DNA of 64,000 nucleotides from Candidatus Neptunichlamydia sp. (GTDB lineage Bacteria; Chlamydiota; Chlamydiia; Chlamydiales; Simkaniaceae): NCBI GenBank assembly GCA_965233865.1, contig OZ247587.1, positions 768,001 to 832,000 of the forward strand, read 5' to 3'. Shown piece by piece: positions 63,239 to 64,000 of this stretch (position 1 is its first letter; each line of letters starts with the position of its first letter). The notes under the pieces were generated by a model. It saw only the letters and a program-made list of their open reading frames with translations, ran no database searches and was not told where the DNA came from. The position numbers and the translations under genes were made by a program.

Positions 63239-64000
63239 TCGGACTTCTCTCCACCAGCAAGACCGGTATCGCAAGTGATGATGCAACGATCAGGATTGTC
63301 CGGAAAGCCTACGTAAGATTGGAACTGCCCCTCTTGAAAAAGGCCTTCTTTCGGCATCTCTCCCCACCAACCATAAAGATATTTGTCGCGTTCATGAGTT
63401 GGCAGCGCCTTCAAATTAGAAAGATAGTCGGGGTTGTTGTCTAAGAGCTTTCTGTTATCGGTAACTTTTCCAGCGATAAAAGTGAATGTTCGGACATCTT
63501 CAAGATCTTCTTTTTTAAGGTCGCACTCAGTCAAAAAGGCTTTCTTTGTCGACTTGATAATGAGAGTATTGCCCATGAAATAAAGATAATGGATTTTTCC
63601 TGAAAGCTCAGAAATAGGATATTCATCTTCTTGCAAAAATGGCTTGATTAGCGTTTTGATCCAGCCTTCTGTCGGGTTGGTTGTAAGGCGCATGTAGGGT
63701 TTAACTTTGGACTTTGATCGCATCCGAGCCAGAAGGAATTTGAAGATCTCTTCATCAAACTCGTCAGCTTCATCAATGAAGATGGCAGTGAACTGTGTGC
63801 CTTTTAAAAACTGTTTGAAGTTAGGATGGTTTCCATGACAAAAGTGGATCGAGGCTCCGCTTTCGAATTTGTAGACCAGCTGGTGTTTATTCGTCTGGTA
63901 TTTGATGCGCATACTATCTGCAACAAGCCCAAGCTCTTCCCAAAGTCCTCCGGAGCAAAGTAGATTAGCTCGGTTCTTTCTAAAGACTCCGCAGCGGAAA
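63239..64000 (-). pseudogene. Phage terminase large subunit, truncated by IS; continues beyond the window
   Basis: FRKNRANL...GGLW, FIDEADEF, LARMRS, MRLTTNP, DN..L...PDYL..LKALP..ER...LYG.W, CDTG. Confidence 0.8.

Overview
Genomic DNA from an environmental Chlamydiota bacterium, probably Simkaniaceae/Parachlamydiales-like. This is inferred from fused glyQS, SEC-C-fused map, the rpmB-PLD and marC-truA-map gene order, and the prs-rplY-pth-rpsF-rpsR-rplI-ispE operon. An intact housekeeping backbone (clpB, sthA, and about 14.9-40.5 kb) is interleaved with decaying accessory DNA at 1.9-3.7 kb, 8.5-14.8 kb and 40.6-64 kb. The accessory DNA contains IS5, IS200 and IS6 elements and remnants of an integrated plasmid/phage-like element: TraA relaxase, primase, excisionase, resolvase, a candidate Rep with 22-bp iterons, a tyrosine integrase and a terminase. 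The most striking locus is 57.5-62.6 kb: two divergent, apparently intact proteins carrying a stand-alone LanM-type (DUF4135) kinase/dehydratase domain with both kinase and phosphate-elimination motifs. No cyclase, precursor peptide or transporter is present in the window. Each is followed by a ~130-aa partner ORF, and a 24-bp inverted-repeat structure lies between them. Second candidate: a trypsin-like protease fused to a polymorphic-toxin-like nuclease domain at 9.2-10.6 kb. All assignments come from motif reading by eye; no database searches were run.
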